Assembly (NCBI GenBank): GCA_003574845.1
Contig: NDHY01000001.1
Coordinates: 9,043 to 73,042, forward strand
DNA length: 64,000 nucleotides
Reading direction: 5' to 3'
Source: a candidate division NPL-UPA2 bacterium Unc8
GTDB taxonomy: Bacteria > NPL-UPA2
Below the pieces are notes generated by a model. The model was not told the origin of the DNA. It made no database searches and saw nothing but the letters and a program-made list of their open reading frames with translations. Both the position numbers and the translations under genes were made by a program. Shown piece by piece: positions 28,561 through 38,776 of the stretch (position 1 is the stretch's first letter; each line of letters begins with the position of its first letter).

Positions 28561-30260
28561 AAAAGCGCAGGAGGCTGAGTTATCTCAAAGACGGAGACAG
28601 GCATTTTTATTGACCATCTTGAGAGAACTTCAGGGAATATCTCTCCAATGATTCCTTTCTTGCTTCCGGCGATTTCAATGGCGCCGCATCTTCCCTTAAT
28701 AAATGAATTATGGTTTATCTCACGCAGTTCATAGGGAATGGAGAGCTCCTCCATAAGAGAACGCAGTGCGCGGTGAGCGTCATTAAAAGTGATCCCCGGA
28801 CCGGAAAGAAGAGCAGCAATATGAATTTCCTCGTTTACCCCGTTAGAAAGTCCCGTTCTAATGGAGTCGTGATTGCTTTTTCCCCTGGTCTCTCTTATAA
28901 CGACTTCTCCCACTTCAAAAATGCGATGTGGATAAGGAGTGGACGAACTCTCCATCTCTACCTTGAGAAGTGACGGAATAAGCCAGTGACGCACTCCTGA
29001 ATAGCTTTCACTCATTACATTCTCCACCTCTACATAGGGGTATTCTTTCTCTAACATACAATGGGAAGAAAAACTGGTATTGACGAGCATATTGGAAATA
29101 ATTTCCTGAAATCCCATCCCAACAAAGATGTTCCCCACTCTGTCTGCCGCCTCCTCTTCGGGAAGGATGTTTCCAATGGTAAAATCAGATAAGGAAAGAG
29201 GCGAAAAGTTATCATAGCCTCTTGCCAGCGCCAGGTCCTCTATCACATCATATTGATGCATAACGTCACTGCGGTAATAAGGAGCGAGGATTTTAAAGGT
29301 ATCTCCGCTTTTCTCAAATTCATATCCAAACCGCAACAGCGCATCTGATATTTCCTCAGCATCAATTTCAATGCCCAGCATTTTTTTTGCTTCTGCAACC
29401 CTTAGCATCAATGGCTTGCTCATGAGTTGAGCAGGAACAGGCTGACTTCTGCCAACAGGAGTCTGATATGGATAGGAAGCCTCTATCCTCTCAATCATTG
29501 CTCCGCGAAAGGAAAGGGCAGCAGCTAAGACATTCAGAGAGAGAATGACTGCTTTCTGCTCCGTTCCGGTAGCCTCAATAAAAAGATAATCCATTCCTAC
29601 CTTTACCTCGCCTGTGCGCTTTGAATTTATTATTGGAGGAAAGGAGAGGATTTTATCTTCAGCATCAATGAATAGTGGATATTTTGCTGCGCCAAGAAGC
29701 GTGTTTCCATACTCAACCCCTTTGGGATGGCGCTTGAGAATCTCCTCAAGTGTCATCTCTGTCTCTGACCCAAGCGGAGTAAATTGATGTGATTCAGGAG
29801 AAAAGGCTCCGTACCTTACCGGGAACTTAATTGTGGTAGCATCGTAGATTCCAATCCCTACTTTGCGGCGTCTCCTTCCAATAGTATCCCCTAATTTTTC
29901 CTGAATCCTTATCAATGAGTCAAGACCATCCTCGTTAAGAGTGCACCCGTGAGCGAGGAAAGCACCGGCAAATGGTCGGACCTTCTCTACTGAGGGAAGT
30001 ATTTCAAGTTTATAACCAGGTTGCTTGTGCAAAAAATCGGAAGTGAAGTGCTTTTTTTGAGAAAAAGAGAGAAGTTGTCGGGCAATCCCTTCAAGGGTAA
30101 AGAGATCGGGTCTATTGGTATCAGCAATGTCAATTTTGAGAAAAAGCTCATCCTCCCCTTTAATTTCTCCCTTAATAAGAAGAAGAGCCTTCTCCATTGT
30201 CAGTCCGCTGCTTTTCAAATGCTTGAGGAATTCTTTCTTATTTACATCAATTGTTGGCAT
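28494..30260 (-). CDS. pheT: Phenylalanyl-tRNA synthetase beta subunit, short archaeal/eukaryotic type
   Basis: NRPDL, QEKL..TIGRRR, SFPPIINS, YRSDVMH..DVIED and IFEVGEVV motifs; 588 aa without the B2 and B8 domains. Confidence 0.9.
   Translation of the reverse strand: MPTIDVNKKEFLKHLKSSGLTMEKALLLIKGEIKGEDELFLKIDIADTNRPDLFTLEGIARQLLSFSQKKHFTSDFLHKQPGYKLEILPSVEKVRPFAGAFLAHGCTLNEDGLDSLIRIQEKLGDTIGRRRRKVGIGIYDATTIKFPVRYGAFSPESHQFTPLGSETEMTLEEILKRHPKGVEYGNTLLGAAKYPLFIDAEDKILSFPPIINSKRTGEVKVGMDYLFIEATGTEQKAVILSLNVLAAALSFRGAMIERIEASYPYQTPVGRSQPVPAQLMSKPLMLRVAEAKKMLGIEIDAEEISDALLRFGYEFEKSGDTFKILAPYYRSDVMHQYDVIEDLALARGYDNFSPLSLSDFTIGNILPEEEAADRVGNIFVGMGFQEIISNMLVNTSFSSHCMLEKEYPYVEVENVMSESYSGVRHWLIPSLLKVEMESSSTPYPHRIFEVGEVVIRETRGKSNHDSIRTGLSNGVNEEIHIAALLSGPGITFNDAHRALRSLMEELSIPYELREINHNSFIKGRCGAIEIAGSKKGIIGEIFPEVLSRWSIKMPVSVFEITQPPALLKRHKGTKAQRHRGTEAQRNKS
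28834..28867. repeat. ACCCCGTTAGAA...TTCTAACGGGGT palindromic element inside pheT (second copy 48946-48982)
   Basis: 10/12 stem match; translated in frame as SIRTGLSNGVN. Confidence 0.8.
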
Positions 30261-30301
30261 CTTATTCTACAGCTCCAGCGGTAAAGAATAGAAAAGTTCG
30301 T

Positions 30302-30865
30302 CTATGAGAGAGCTACAATGCTAATGAGCAGTACAAAAACTACTATCAGGAAAACACACACAACGGCAGGAGTCAGAAGAGTTGCTATTGCTTTTCTCTG
30401 CGAGAAAACATAGGTTTCTCTGATGCCAATCGTAAAAAGCCCAACTGCCCAGAGGAAGAAAAATAATCTCGCAAGAAAAAAGAAAGAGGAAGCTATCCCG
30501 GGCTCAAGGTAACTTAGAAGAAGGGCAACAGGAGTCATTAACCAATATGGAATTAAGGAAAAGCAACCTATCGCATAGAGAAAGCTGCCTTTCCCTATGC
30601 CTCCATAGAAATTAGCAACTATGCTCAATATCCCGCAGATGACGAAAAGAAGCAAGAGCGGAAACGCTGCTCTAAAGATTAGAATTACAATAAATAGTGA
30701 TGGAGTGATATTCCATGGGAAGATGAGCAACCATCCAATACTACTGCTAATGACGGAAATAATAACAACAAAGAAAGCAAGATTAAAGCGTCTGTCGAGA
30801 GAAACTTTTCCAATGACAGCTGCCGGATTGGCAAAAAGACCATAAATTATATCTATTCCGCTCAC
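30302..30865 (-). CDS. Yip1-like membrane protein
   Basis: About five hydrophobic segments, N-terminal YGLFANP; GTG start after an AAGG Shine-Dalgarno. Confidence 0.65.
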   Translation of the reverse strand: MSGIDIIYGLFANPAAVIGKVSLDRRFNLAFFVVIISVISSSIGWLLIFPWNITPSLFIVILIFRAAFPLLLLFVICGILSIVANFYGGIGKGSFLYAIGCFSLIPYWLMTPVALLLSYLEPGIASSFFFLARLFFFLWAVGLFTIGIRETYVFSQRKAIATLLTPAVVCVFLIVVFVLLISIVALS

Positions 30866-30881
30866 AAGAGGCGCTTCCTTA

Positions 30882-31823
30882 TCAAATTCCTAAGGGAAAA
30901 TGGTAAATAAATTTTACGGGCAGGTGAGAGTCTTCAATCTGCCTGAGAAGCCTGGAAACTCCACCTCCTCCTGAGGCCCCGGGGAACATCCTTTCCCAAA
31001 AAGGGCGCTCTTTCTCAATAATTACGGGTTCACCTTTAAGCCCCGCTTTTTCCATTGCTACATCTATCGCTTCATTAAAACCACCGAGCCTATCAACAAA
31101 ACCAAGCCTCATTGCTTCTGTGCCTGTGAAAATTCTGCCATCGGCTATTTCTTTTACTCTGTCAATGTCAATGTCTCTTCCCGCAGCAACAGCATTCACG
31201 AATTGAAGATGCAGCTCATCAACCAACGCCTGGAGGAGTTCTCTCTCTTCCTCGGACATCTCACGCCAGGCAGAAAGAATGTCTTTGTGTTCACCGCTTT
31301 TGATAACCTCCATTCCTATGCCATGTTCCTGCATCAACCGATGAAAATTTATATTGCCCACAGCAACGCCGATGCTCCCGGTGATCGTGCCTGGATTTGC
31401 CATGATATAACAGGCGGCGGCGGAGATATAGAGTCCGCCTGAGGTAGCAATGTCTCCCATAGAGATAATTATTGGCTTCTTCTCTCTTGCTTCAAGGATT
31501 GCAGCATAGAGCTCCTGGACTGCTCCAATGGAACCTCCGGGAGAGTCCACCCTGATAACGATTGCTTTAACACGGCGGTCTCTGAGGAGTTCTCCAATCC
31601 TATTCACATAATAGCCAGCACCTCGTACCGTTTTAAACATTCCTTCTGAAGCATCGATAAAGATAGGACCATGAATCCTTACCACGCCTATTCCTTCCCG
31701 GGCAATCACAGCTGGACGCCAGGAAATCTCCTCTTCTTGAGCACGAAAAATAAGAGAAATACCCGCAATTAGAGATAGAGCAAGAAAAACAAGCAACACA
31801 ATACTTATTAGCCGAGAACGCAT
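30882..31823 (-). CDS. sppA: Signal peptide peptidase SppA
   Basis: RVDSPGGS, ATSGGLY, TGSIGV, KSGEHKD and ADGRIFTG motifs. Confidence 0.93.
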   Translation of the reverse strand: MRSRLISIVLLVFLALSLIAGISLIFRAQEEEISWRPAVIAREGIGVVRIHGPIFIDASEGMFKTVRGAGYYVNRIGELLRDRRVKAIVIRVDSPGGSIGAVQELYAAILEAREKKPIIISMGDIATSGGLYISAAACYIMANPGTITGSIGVAVGNINFHRLMQEHGIGMEVIKSGEHKDILSAWREMSEEERELLQALVDELHLQFVNAVAAGRDIDIDRVKEIADGRIFTGTEAMRLGFVDRLGGFNEAIDVAMEKAGLKGEPVIIEKERPFWERMFPGASGGGGVSRLLRQIEDSHLPVKFIYHFPLGI

Positions 31824-31849
31824 TTTAGTTTACCTCCTTCATCAAAATA

Positions 31850-31972
31850 GAGCACCAGTGCAACAGTCACAATTTACCAGTCACTAATTACCAATTACCA
31901 ATTACCAATTTCTTCTCTCTCTACTTACCACTTACCACTTACTTCTTTATGCCTTTGTGCCTCTGTGCCTTG
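31850..31972. repeat. Modular repeat spacer upstream of sppA
   Basis: Blocks CCAATTA, CCACTTA and TGTGCCT(C/T). Confidence 0.85.
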
Positions 31973-31983
31973 CTTATCATCCA

Positions 31984-32373
31984 CTACTCCAATTCAGAAG
32001 ATTTCCATGCCGGCTTGAAAGGCTTGGTAGTGTCTTTAATAGTCAGAGACCAGGTTAAGCCGCCCTCTTGAGAGTTTTTACCCCACAGCAAAAAGAAAAT
32101 CTCATTTCCAAACCAGAACCACATTGGATAGGAAAGCACATAAAAAATACCTATCCAGGGATTTACCGCAACTGCAAAATTCCCTCCCATGCCCCAGGGC
32201 TGGATAGCCCCGGTAGCTGAAAGAATGATATTCACGAAGAATATCAAGAGGAGAATATGCCTGAAGAAGAAATGGGAATCGGGATGGCTCTCAACAAGTT
32301 TTTTTGCGTAAATATATCCCCAAACAATTCCGAGGAGCAAAAGCAAGGGGGCATCAAATACAGGAATGTTCAT
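31984..32373 (-). CDS. Hypothetical membrane protein
   Basis: Hydrophobic ORF coupled (TAATG overlap) to the upstream epimerase, with a GGGGGT Shine-Dalgarno. Confidence 0.75.
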   Translation of the reverse strand: MNIPVFDAPLLLLLGIVWGYIYAKKLVESHPDSHFFFRHILLLIFFVNIILSATGAIQPWGMGGNFAVAVNPWIGIFYVLSYPMWFWFGNEIFFLLWGKNSQEGGLTWSLTIKDTTKPFKPAWKSSELE

Positions 32374-33443
32374 TATAACCACCCCCTTTCTCTGCAATCG
32401 CCAATGTGGCGAAAAATCCCACTGCGTGGGTCCTGGAACTTGAATTTAAAGCCAAGGTCTTTGATTTTCTGATTGGAGAACCAGTGATTGTGAGCAATAT
32501 ACTCTACCATTGGAAGCTCCTGCTTTGGTCTTGTGCCCATCGCACGTGCCTGTTTATCTTGCCTCCTGGCAAAGGCAACGGCGATACGGCAAAAAATTAA
32601 ATAAACCGGCCACCATACCGGGATTCTGATTTCTCTCAATCCTAATGTCTTAGCAAGAAATGTCATTAGCTCGACTTGAGTAATGCAATCACTGAGCACA
32701 TTGTAGCTTTCTCCAATGCATTCCTCCCGTTCAGCGACGAAAAGAGCGGCTCTAACCATATCTGTAACATAAACTGACGGATACATTAAAGTGTGCTTCT
32801 TGGGATACCATACTATATTCGGTACTATACCATATTTTTCAAGGGTGTGAAAGACATGCTGAACGCCATAGTGCTGCCCTAGACCGTACATTGGGCCAGG
32901 ACGGACAATCGTTACAGGAAATCCATTTTCTTTATAGAGTTTTTGTAGAATTTTTTCTTGCTCCGCTTTTGACTTACAATAGTCGTTTGGAGGGTCAAAT
33001 GGATGGTCCTCAGTAATCGCCTTTCCCTTCGGCTCCGCAAAGACACCACAGGTGCTCCAGTGAATAAACCTCTTCACACCTTTTTTCATAGCCACATCAA
33101 GAAGATTCTTGAGCCCCTCCACGTTCACTTTGTAGAGGATATCCCATGGAGCAAAGTAATCATAGAGTGATGCAGTATGAAAGACTGCATCGTAGATGTA
33201 TTCAAAGAGAGGCTCCAGGCTTTCCTTTTTGGTAAGGTTAGCGGGGATAAATTTTACCCCTTTCTTATCAACTGCTCCCTGGTAATAGAGAGGATGAAGC
33301 GCTCCTTCCTCCAAGTACTGATCCCTATGTTCATCACGTTTCAGGTCAGTGGCAATAACATCCCAGCCTTCCTGCTTAAGTAAGTTAACCATATATCCAC
33401 CACAAAACCCACATGCCCCTGTCACCAATGCTAACTTTGCCAT
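32373..33443 (-). CDS. Extended SDR NAD-dependent epimerase/dehydratase
   Basis: VTGACGFCG, YCKSK and RPGPMYG motifs. Confidence 0.85.
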   Translation of the reverse strand: MAKLALVTGACGFCGGYMVNLLKQEGWDVIATDLKRDEHRDQYLEEGALHPLYYQGAVDKKGVKFIPANLTKKESLEPLFEYIYDAVFHTASLYDYFAPWDILYKVNVEGLKNLLDVAMKKGVKRFIHWSTCGVFAEPKGKAITEDHPFDPPNDYCKSKAEQEKILQKLYKENGFPVTIVRPGPMYGLGQHYGVQHVFHTLEKYGIVPNIVWYPKKHTLMYPSVYVTDMVRAALFVAEREECIGESYNVLSDCITQVELMTFLAKTLGLREIRIPVWWPVYLIFCRIAVAFARRQDKQARAMGTRPKQELPMVEYIAHNHWFSNQKIKDLGFKFKFQDPRSGIFRHIGDCRERGWL

Positions 33444-33539
33444 TTTGTCCCTCTGTGCCTCTTTAATAGCTTTCAGCCTTCAGCATTCAGCATTCAGCCT
33501 TATGTTTTTATCATACTTTGTGCCTTTGTGCCTTACTTA

Positions 33540-34379
33540 TCATCCACTACTCCAATTCAGGAGATTTTTTAAGATGGCGTAGGAAAAAACAGGCCCGTCT
33601 TTGCAGGCATACAAATTATCCACATTACACCTGCCGCATTTTCCTATGCCGCATTTCATCCTATTCTCAATAGTTGTAAATATCTGCTCGTCCGAGAAAC
33701 CTAACTTTAACAGGTTTGCAATCACGAATTTAATCATTATTGGCGGTCCACAGGTTACGGCAATGGCATTCTTCGGCGAAGGATGAACCTTCAAGAGATT
33801 GTCCGGGACAAACCCAACAAACTCTTTCCATCCATCTTCTTTTTTATCAATGGAGAGATGGACATTTAAATGTTTAAGCTTTTTTAGTTCCAATAATTCC
33901 TTTCTGAAACAGAGGTCGGAGACCGCGCGAGCGCCATAGATGAGCGTGAGTTTTCCGTATTGCTTTCTTCTGTTCAGAACATAGTTTATGACTGGACGAA
34001 GCGGTGCCTGGCCAATGCCGCCACCTATTAATATTATATCTTTTCCTTTCCAATCATCAACGGGGAAGCCATTCCCATAGGGGCCTCTCACGGTTGCGGC
34101 ATCACCCACCTCGCATTCATGTAGTCCTGATGTAACCTTTCCCATCTTCATAACGCTGAACTGAAGATAATCATCATTTGCCAGAGAGTTGATTGAAATC
34201 ATAGACTCTCCTTTTCCGAGAATACCCAACATTGCGCACTGCCCTGGTTGGTAGGTAAAATTTTTTGAAACAGAGCTCTCTTGAAATGCTATCCTGAATG
34301 TTTTTATTGCCCGCTCTCCTACGGTTTCATCCCTGATGTCGGTGATAACAGCTAAATAGGGTATGTATGGATTCTCCAT
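33540..34379 (-). CDS. FAD/NAD(P)-binding 2Fe-2S oxidoreductase (FlxA/AsrB-like)
   Basis: RGPYGNGF, GGGIGQAP, CGPPIM and MKCGIGKCGRC motifs. Confidence 0.9.
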   Translation of the reverse strand: MENPYIPYLAVITDIRDETVGERAIKTFRIAFQESSVSKNFTYQPGQCAMLGILGKGESMISINSLANDDYLQFSVMKMGKVTSGLHECEVGDAATVRGPYGNGFPVDDWKGKDIILIGGGIGQAPLRPVINYVLNRRKQYGKLTLIYGARAVSDLCFRKELLELKKLKHLNVHLSIDKKEDGWKEFVGFVPDNLLKVHPSPKNAIAVTCGPPIMIKFVIANLLKLGFSDEQIFTTIENRMKCGIGKCGRCNVDNLYACKDGPVFSYAILKNLLNWSSG

Positions 34380-35401
34380 TAGATTTTTCCTATCTCCGTG
34401 AGTATATCAATGAGGTCCAGGTTGGCAGGACAATATCTCGTGCACCGCCCACATCCCACACAGGCGGTAATCTTAAAACTGTCAGGGTAATATTTGTACT
34501 TGTGATAAAGCCGATTCTTAAACCTTTCAACTCTGGTGGGCCTGGGATTTTCTCCCGAGGCATGCAAAGTGTATTCCCTGAACATACATGAGTCCCACAT
34601 CCTGACTCTCCTGCCTTTCCCATCGGTTACTTCATCCTGCATGTCAAAACAGTGGCAGGTCGGGCAGAGGTATGTGCATATCCCACATCCAAGACATCTC
34701 AAAGAAGTCTCTTCCCAGAACTTGTGTTCTTTGAGGTCGCCCATTTTTTTCTGCAACTCATCACAGCTCATTACCTTCCTTTTGAGCTTGCTCTCTACCT
34801 TTTTAGATAAGGAGTTTTTTTCTTTGGTATCAGAGTCCAAAGCAAGCGCAAAGAGCTTACGATTCTTATTAAGCAGTTTTCCCCCTTTGTCTGTAAGCAC
34901 TTCAAGATAGTATCTGTCACCAAGGTCTGTAAGTAACATATCCAGCCCCTCTTTTGATGAAGGTCCTCCATTCAGGGACGTACAGAAGCAATTGCTGGCT
35001 GGCTCATAGCAAGAGAGCCCCACCAGTACCGTGCGCGCTCGCCGCTCTAAGTAATAGGGGTCCTGGTAATCCCATCCAAAGATGTGGTCAACTATCTTAA
35101 AAGCTCGCCCATCACAAGGGCGAATGCCAAAGATGACCGTTTCTTTTTCCTGAGGCGGGAGCTCAATCCCCCCGGAGACCTCACTACCAGTAAACTTAAA
35201 CAGAGTCTCAGTCTGGGGGAAAAGTATCCCTTTTGGAGGAACGGTGGAGTTGGAAAAGTTCCATAAGGCATCTCCCGGGTTGGCAACTAACTGATATGAG
35301 ATAATAGAATCTTTTTCCACCGGGGCAAAAAGTGATTGCTTTTCAATAAGTGCCACGAGAAAATCATCCGCTTCGTTCCTGGGTAAGCTGAAGGCTGTCA
35401 T
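34379..35401 (-). CDS. 4Fe-4S dicluster protein (FlxB/AsrA-like)
   Basis: GIRPCD, CFCTS, CLGCGICTYLCPTCHCF and CVGCGRCTRYCP motifs. Confidence 0.9.
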   Translation of the reverse strand: MTAFSLPRNEADDFLVALIEKQSLFAPVEKDSIISYQLVANPGDALWNFSNSTVPPKGILFPQTETLFKFTGSEVSGGIELPPQEKETVIFGIRPCDGRAFKIVDHIFGWDYQDPYYLERRARTVLVGLSCYEPASNCFCTSLNGGPSSKEGLDMLLTDLGDRYYLEVLTDKGGKLLNKNRKLFALALDSDTKEKNSLSKKVESKLKRKVMSCDELQKKMGDLKEHKFWEETSLRCLGCGICTYLCPTCHCFDMQDEVTDGKGRRVRMWDSCMFREYTLHASGENPRPTRVERFKNRLYHKYKYYPDSFKITACVGCGRCTRYCPANLDLIDILTEIGKI

Positions 35402-36375
35402 AATATGAAGTCCTCGCTGTCCTCCGGCTTGAACTGGGACAGGAGAGATTTCTCCTCTATATCAATGCCAGGCTCATAAGCAAAGAGCTCCCGAACATCT
35501 TTTTCTAACTTCCTGTTCAGCTCTCCCACAGGTATGCCCATCGGGCAGGCTCTCTCGCATTCCCCACAGCCGATGCACCTTCCAGTTAGGTGAAATGTTC
35601 TCAAAAGTTGAAATACGGTGTTCTCGGAGAGGTTTACGGAGCGCCTAATCCATTGTGGGGATAATTTATCAAGGATACAGCTATCACAGTAGCAAAGAGG
35701 GCAGATATTCCTGCAGGCATAACACCTGATGCACCGGGCAAATTTATCTCCCCAGTATGTCCACTTCTCATTGGGCGACTTTTCCTCAAACGTAGAGATA
35801 CCCTGGTAATCCTTTGTCTTTTTCTGCTTCTCTTCTCCGAGAAGCACATCGTATATCAATGGATTTGGATACTCGCATAAAGAACACTTCTTAAGTAGAA
35901 TATCTTCTTTAGGAATCTCCTGGCTTTTCCCGTCAACTTTCAGGCTCAATTTCTCTCCTTCCTCTACCGCCTCCACCTTAATTGCCTGAGGGAATTTTGC
36001 CTCTAATTTACTAATATCAATGACTCCTCCGCAGGGCACTCCTAAAATCACCAACTCGTCCCGGGATATGCCTCTTTCAGCGATGAGCTGAATAACTGCT
36101 CTTGAGTCACACCCCTTTACAAACAGAGCAATTTTGCGTTTATCAAGCGCCGCTGCCTTTGGCAGAGGGAGTTTTTCCTGTAAAGTAAGATAGATTGTTA
36201 AGTTGTTGGCGCACAACGGAGAAAAGATAAGCCTTTCTGTATCTTCGGCGGTCCGGGCAAAGAACGGAGAAACTCTGAAGCCATAGCCCGGAGTCCACCC
36301 AAGCACATACTTGACATCGTCGCGGGCAACCGCTTTTCTTGCCCCATCCTTTATTATCTTTTGAATGTTCCTCAC
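35398..36375 (-). CDS. 4Fe-4S protein (FlxC/FdhB-like)
   Basis: KGCDSR, CIRCYACRNICPLCYC and CIGCGECERACP motifs. Confidence 0.88.
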   Translation of the reverse strand: MRNIQKIIKDGARKAVARDDVKYVLGWTPGYGFRVSPFFARTAEDTERLIFSPLCANNLTIYLTLQEKLPLPKAAALDKRKIALFVKGCDSRAVIQLIAERGISRDELVILGVPCGGVIDISKLEAKFPQAIKVEAVEEGEKLSLKVDGKSQEIPKEDILLKKCSLCEYPNPLIYDVLLGEEKQKKTKDYQGISTFEEKSPNEKWTYWGDKFARCIRCYACRNICPLCYCDSCILDKLSPQWIRRSVNLSENTVFQLLRTFHLTGRCIGCGECERACPMGIPVGELNRKLEKDVRELFAYEPGIDIEEKSLLSQFKPEDSEDFIL

Positions 36376-36794
36376 ACTTCTCTCTTCAGCTGCTTCATTT
36401 GGCCTATCTTTCTAATGTCTTCAGTTACCTCGGCGATCACATTTTTGAATTTTTCTCCTTCGGAGGCGGAGACCCAGCTTACTCTAAATCTCTCGGGCTC
36501 TATTCCAATGTACTCCATCAACTTTTTTATAAGAGTAAATCTTCTCCTGGCAATGTAGTTACCTTCCATGTAGTGACATTCTCCCGGATGGCATCCGGAG
36601 ATAAGTACCCCATCTGCGCCCTGTTGAAGTGCATTTATAACAAAGCTCGGGTTCATCCTCCCGCTGCACATAACCCTGATAACCTTTACATTCGGAGGGT
36701 AGGAAATTCTTGCCGTTCCCGCTAAGTCAGCTCCTGCATAGGAGCACCAGTTACAAAGAAATGCAACTATGTTTGGTTCAAAGTTTTCGCTCAT
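36372..36794 (-). CDS. mvhD: MvhD/FlxD 2Fe-2S subunit
   Basis: FLCNWCSYAGADLAG, RVMCSGR, GCHPGECHY and WVSASEG motifs. Confidence 0.93.
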   Translation of the reverse strand: MSENFEPNIVAFLCNWCSYAGADLAGTARISYPPNVKVIRVMCSGRMNPSFVINALQQGADGVLISGCHPGECHYMEGNYIARRRFTLIKKLMEYIGIEPERFRVSWVSASEGEKFKNVIAEVTEDIRKIGQMKQLKREV

Positions 36795-36798
36795 ACCC

Positions 36799-38775
36799 CT
36801 ACTCTACTCCAAGCGCAGTAATTTGAGAGAGAATCTGCTCATCCGTAAATGACCTCTGCTGAATGGCACCTGAAAGACAGCTTGCAACACAGGCACCGCA
36901 GCCCTTACAAAGTACATCATTCACGAACGCTACTTCCACGGGGTATCCATCCCGAGTTATCTCTTTCAATTCAATAGCATCGTATGGGCAGGTAGTTATG
37001 CAGATTCCACATCCTCTGCAGATATTTTCATCAACAAAAGAGATTATTGGATCTATCTTCACTTTTCCGGTTGCAAGCGGCACAATGGCTTTTGCAGCGG
37101 CTCCACTTGCCTGGGCAACTGAGTCGGGGATATCCTTTGGTCCCTGGCAGCAGCCGGCCAGATACACTCCAGCAGTGGCCGTGTCCATCGGGCGCAGCTT
37201 GGGATGTGCTTCTAAAAAGAACCTGTCTGATGACTGAGAAAGCCTGAGCGCATTTTTTAGTTCACCTACATCTCTTTGCACCAGACCTGTGGATAGGACC
37301 ACCAGATCCGTCTCTACCTCCAATGCTTCACCCAGTAGGGTGTCCTCAGCTCGGACGATGAGCTTTTCCCCTCTACGATAGACCTCGGATGCATTTCCCC
37401 GCCTGTAGATGATGCCTTCCTTCTTCACACGGTCATAGAACTCTTCAAATCCTTTGCCAAAGGCTCTTACATCTATGTAGAAAACGGTGATGTTGGCATT
37501 CGGGAGTTTCTCTCTCACAAGATGTGCCTGCTTGGCAGTGTACATACAGCAGACCCGGGAACAGTATTCATTTCCAAGCTCCTTGTCCCTGGAGCCGACG
37601 CATTGAATGAAGACAACATCCTCAGGCTCTTTCCCGCCTATTTTTATCTTTCCAAATGTGGGACCGCTGGCTGAAGAAAGTCTCTCAAATTCCAGTCCCG
37701 TAATAACATTTGAGTAGGCATCGTAGCCATATTCAGGCTTTTCTTTCGCCGGGAAAACATCAAAGCCCGTAGCTACAACAATAGTACCTATCTCAAGCTC
37801 AATGATTTCTTCTTTCTGTTCAAAGTCAATTGCCTCTGGACCGCATGCGGCTTTGCACGCAGGAGATTTCCCGCACTTTCCTTTTCTCAGAAAGAGACAT
37901 TTCTCGGAGTCTATGGTGTAGACAAGTGGCACTGCCTGGGGAAAGGGAACATATATCGCTCCGCGCTTGCCCATCCCTGCCTCAAACTCACTGGCAATTC
38001 TCCCCTTAAGCAAACAAGCCTCCGCGCAAGCCCCGCAGCCATTGCATTTGTTAATATTGACATAGCGCGGCTTCTTTCTTACCTTCACCTTGAAGTTGCC
38101 GATAAAGCCATCTACACTGATGACTTCGCAGTAAGTTAAGAGCTCAATATTTGGATGTCGGTATACATCCACCATCTTCGGAGTCAGGATACAGGCAGAG
38201 CAGTCCAGGGTGGGAAAAGTCTTATCAAGTTGAGCCATATGTCCGCCAATACTCGGATCTTTCTCTACTAAATAAACACCGAATCCGGCATCGGCAATAT
38301 CCAGAGATGACTGGATGCCGGATATGCCCCCTCCTATCACCAGCGCTTTTGGAATTACATCTACTTCTTTTTCACTTAGTGGTTCAAGCAGTGATGCCTT
38401 GGCTACTGAAGCTGAGATTAGCGCCGCTGCCTTTCGGGTAGCTTTATCCTTTTCTTTGTGCACCCATGAGCACTGCTCTCTTATATTGGCCATCTCCAGG
38501 CAGTATGGGTTTAGTTCGGCTTCCTCGCATGTGCCCCTGAAGGTTTGCTCGTGCATCCTCGGAGAGCAGGCAGCAATCACAACTTTTTCCAGTCCTAATT
38601 CTTTGATGTCCTTTTTTATAAGCTCCTGCCCGGGGTCAGAACAGAGGTAAGTATAATCTTTAGCAGCAGCCACTCCCGGGAGTCCGCTGGCAAGCTTGCA
38701 TACTTTCTCTATGTCCACCGTGGCGGAAATATTTACCCCGCAGTGGCACACATAAACTCCTATTTTTTTTCTCAT
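36799..38775 (-). CDS. hdrA: Heterodisulfide reductase subunit A-like flavoprotein
   Basis: GVYVCHCG, AACSP, NIREQCSWVH, LDKTFPTLDCSAC, CSRVCC and GPKDIP motifs. Confidence 0.94.
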   Translation of the reverse strand: MRKKIGVYVCHCGVNISATVDIEKVCKLASGLPGVAAAKDYTYLCSDPGQELIKKDIKELGLEKVVIAACSPRMHEQTFRGTCEEAELNPYCLEMANIREQCSWVHKEKDKATRKAAALISASVAKASLLEPLSEKEVDVIPKALVIGGGISGIQSSLDIADAGFGVYLVEKDPSIGGHMAQLDKTFPTLDCSACILTPKMVDVYRHPNIELLTYCEVISVDGFIGNFKVKVRKKPRYVNINKCNGCGACAEACLLKGRIASEFEAGMGKRGAIYVPFPQAVPLVYTIDSEKCLFLRKGKCGKSPACKAACGPEAIDFEQKEEIIELEIGTIVVATGFDVFPAKEKPEYGYDAYSNVITGLEFERLSSASGPTFGKIKIGGKEPEDVVFIQCVGSRDKELGNEYCSRVCCMYTAKQAHLVREKLPNANITVFYIDVRAFGKGFEEFYDRVKKEGIIYRRGNASEVYRRGEKLIVRAEDTLLGEALEVETDLVVLSTGLVQRDVGELKNALRLSQSSDRFFLEAHPKLRPMDTATAGVYLAGCCQGPKDIPDSVAQASGAAAKAIVPLATGKVKIDPIISFVDENICRGCGICITTCPYDAIELKEITRDGYPVEVAFVNDVLCKGCGACVASCLSGAIQQRSFTDEQILSQITALGVE

Positions 38776-38776
38776 A

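Noticed and set aside
36372-38775. Selenocysteine in HdrA or MvhD
   Set aside because: The usual Sec positions are Cys and both ORFs are full length.
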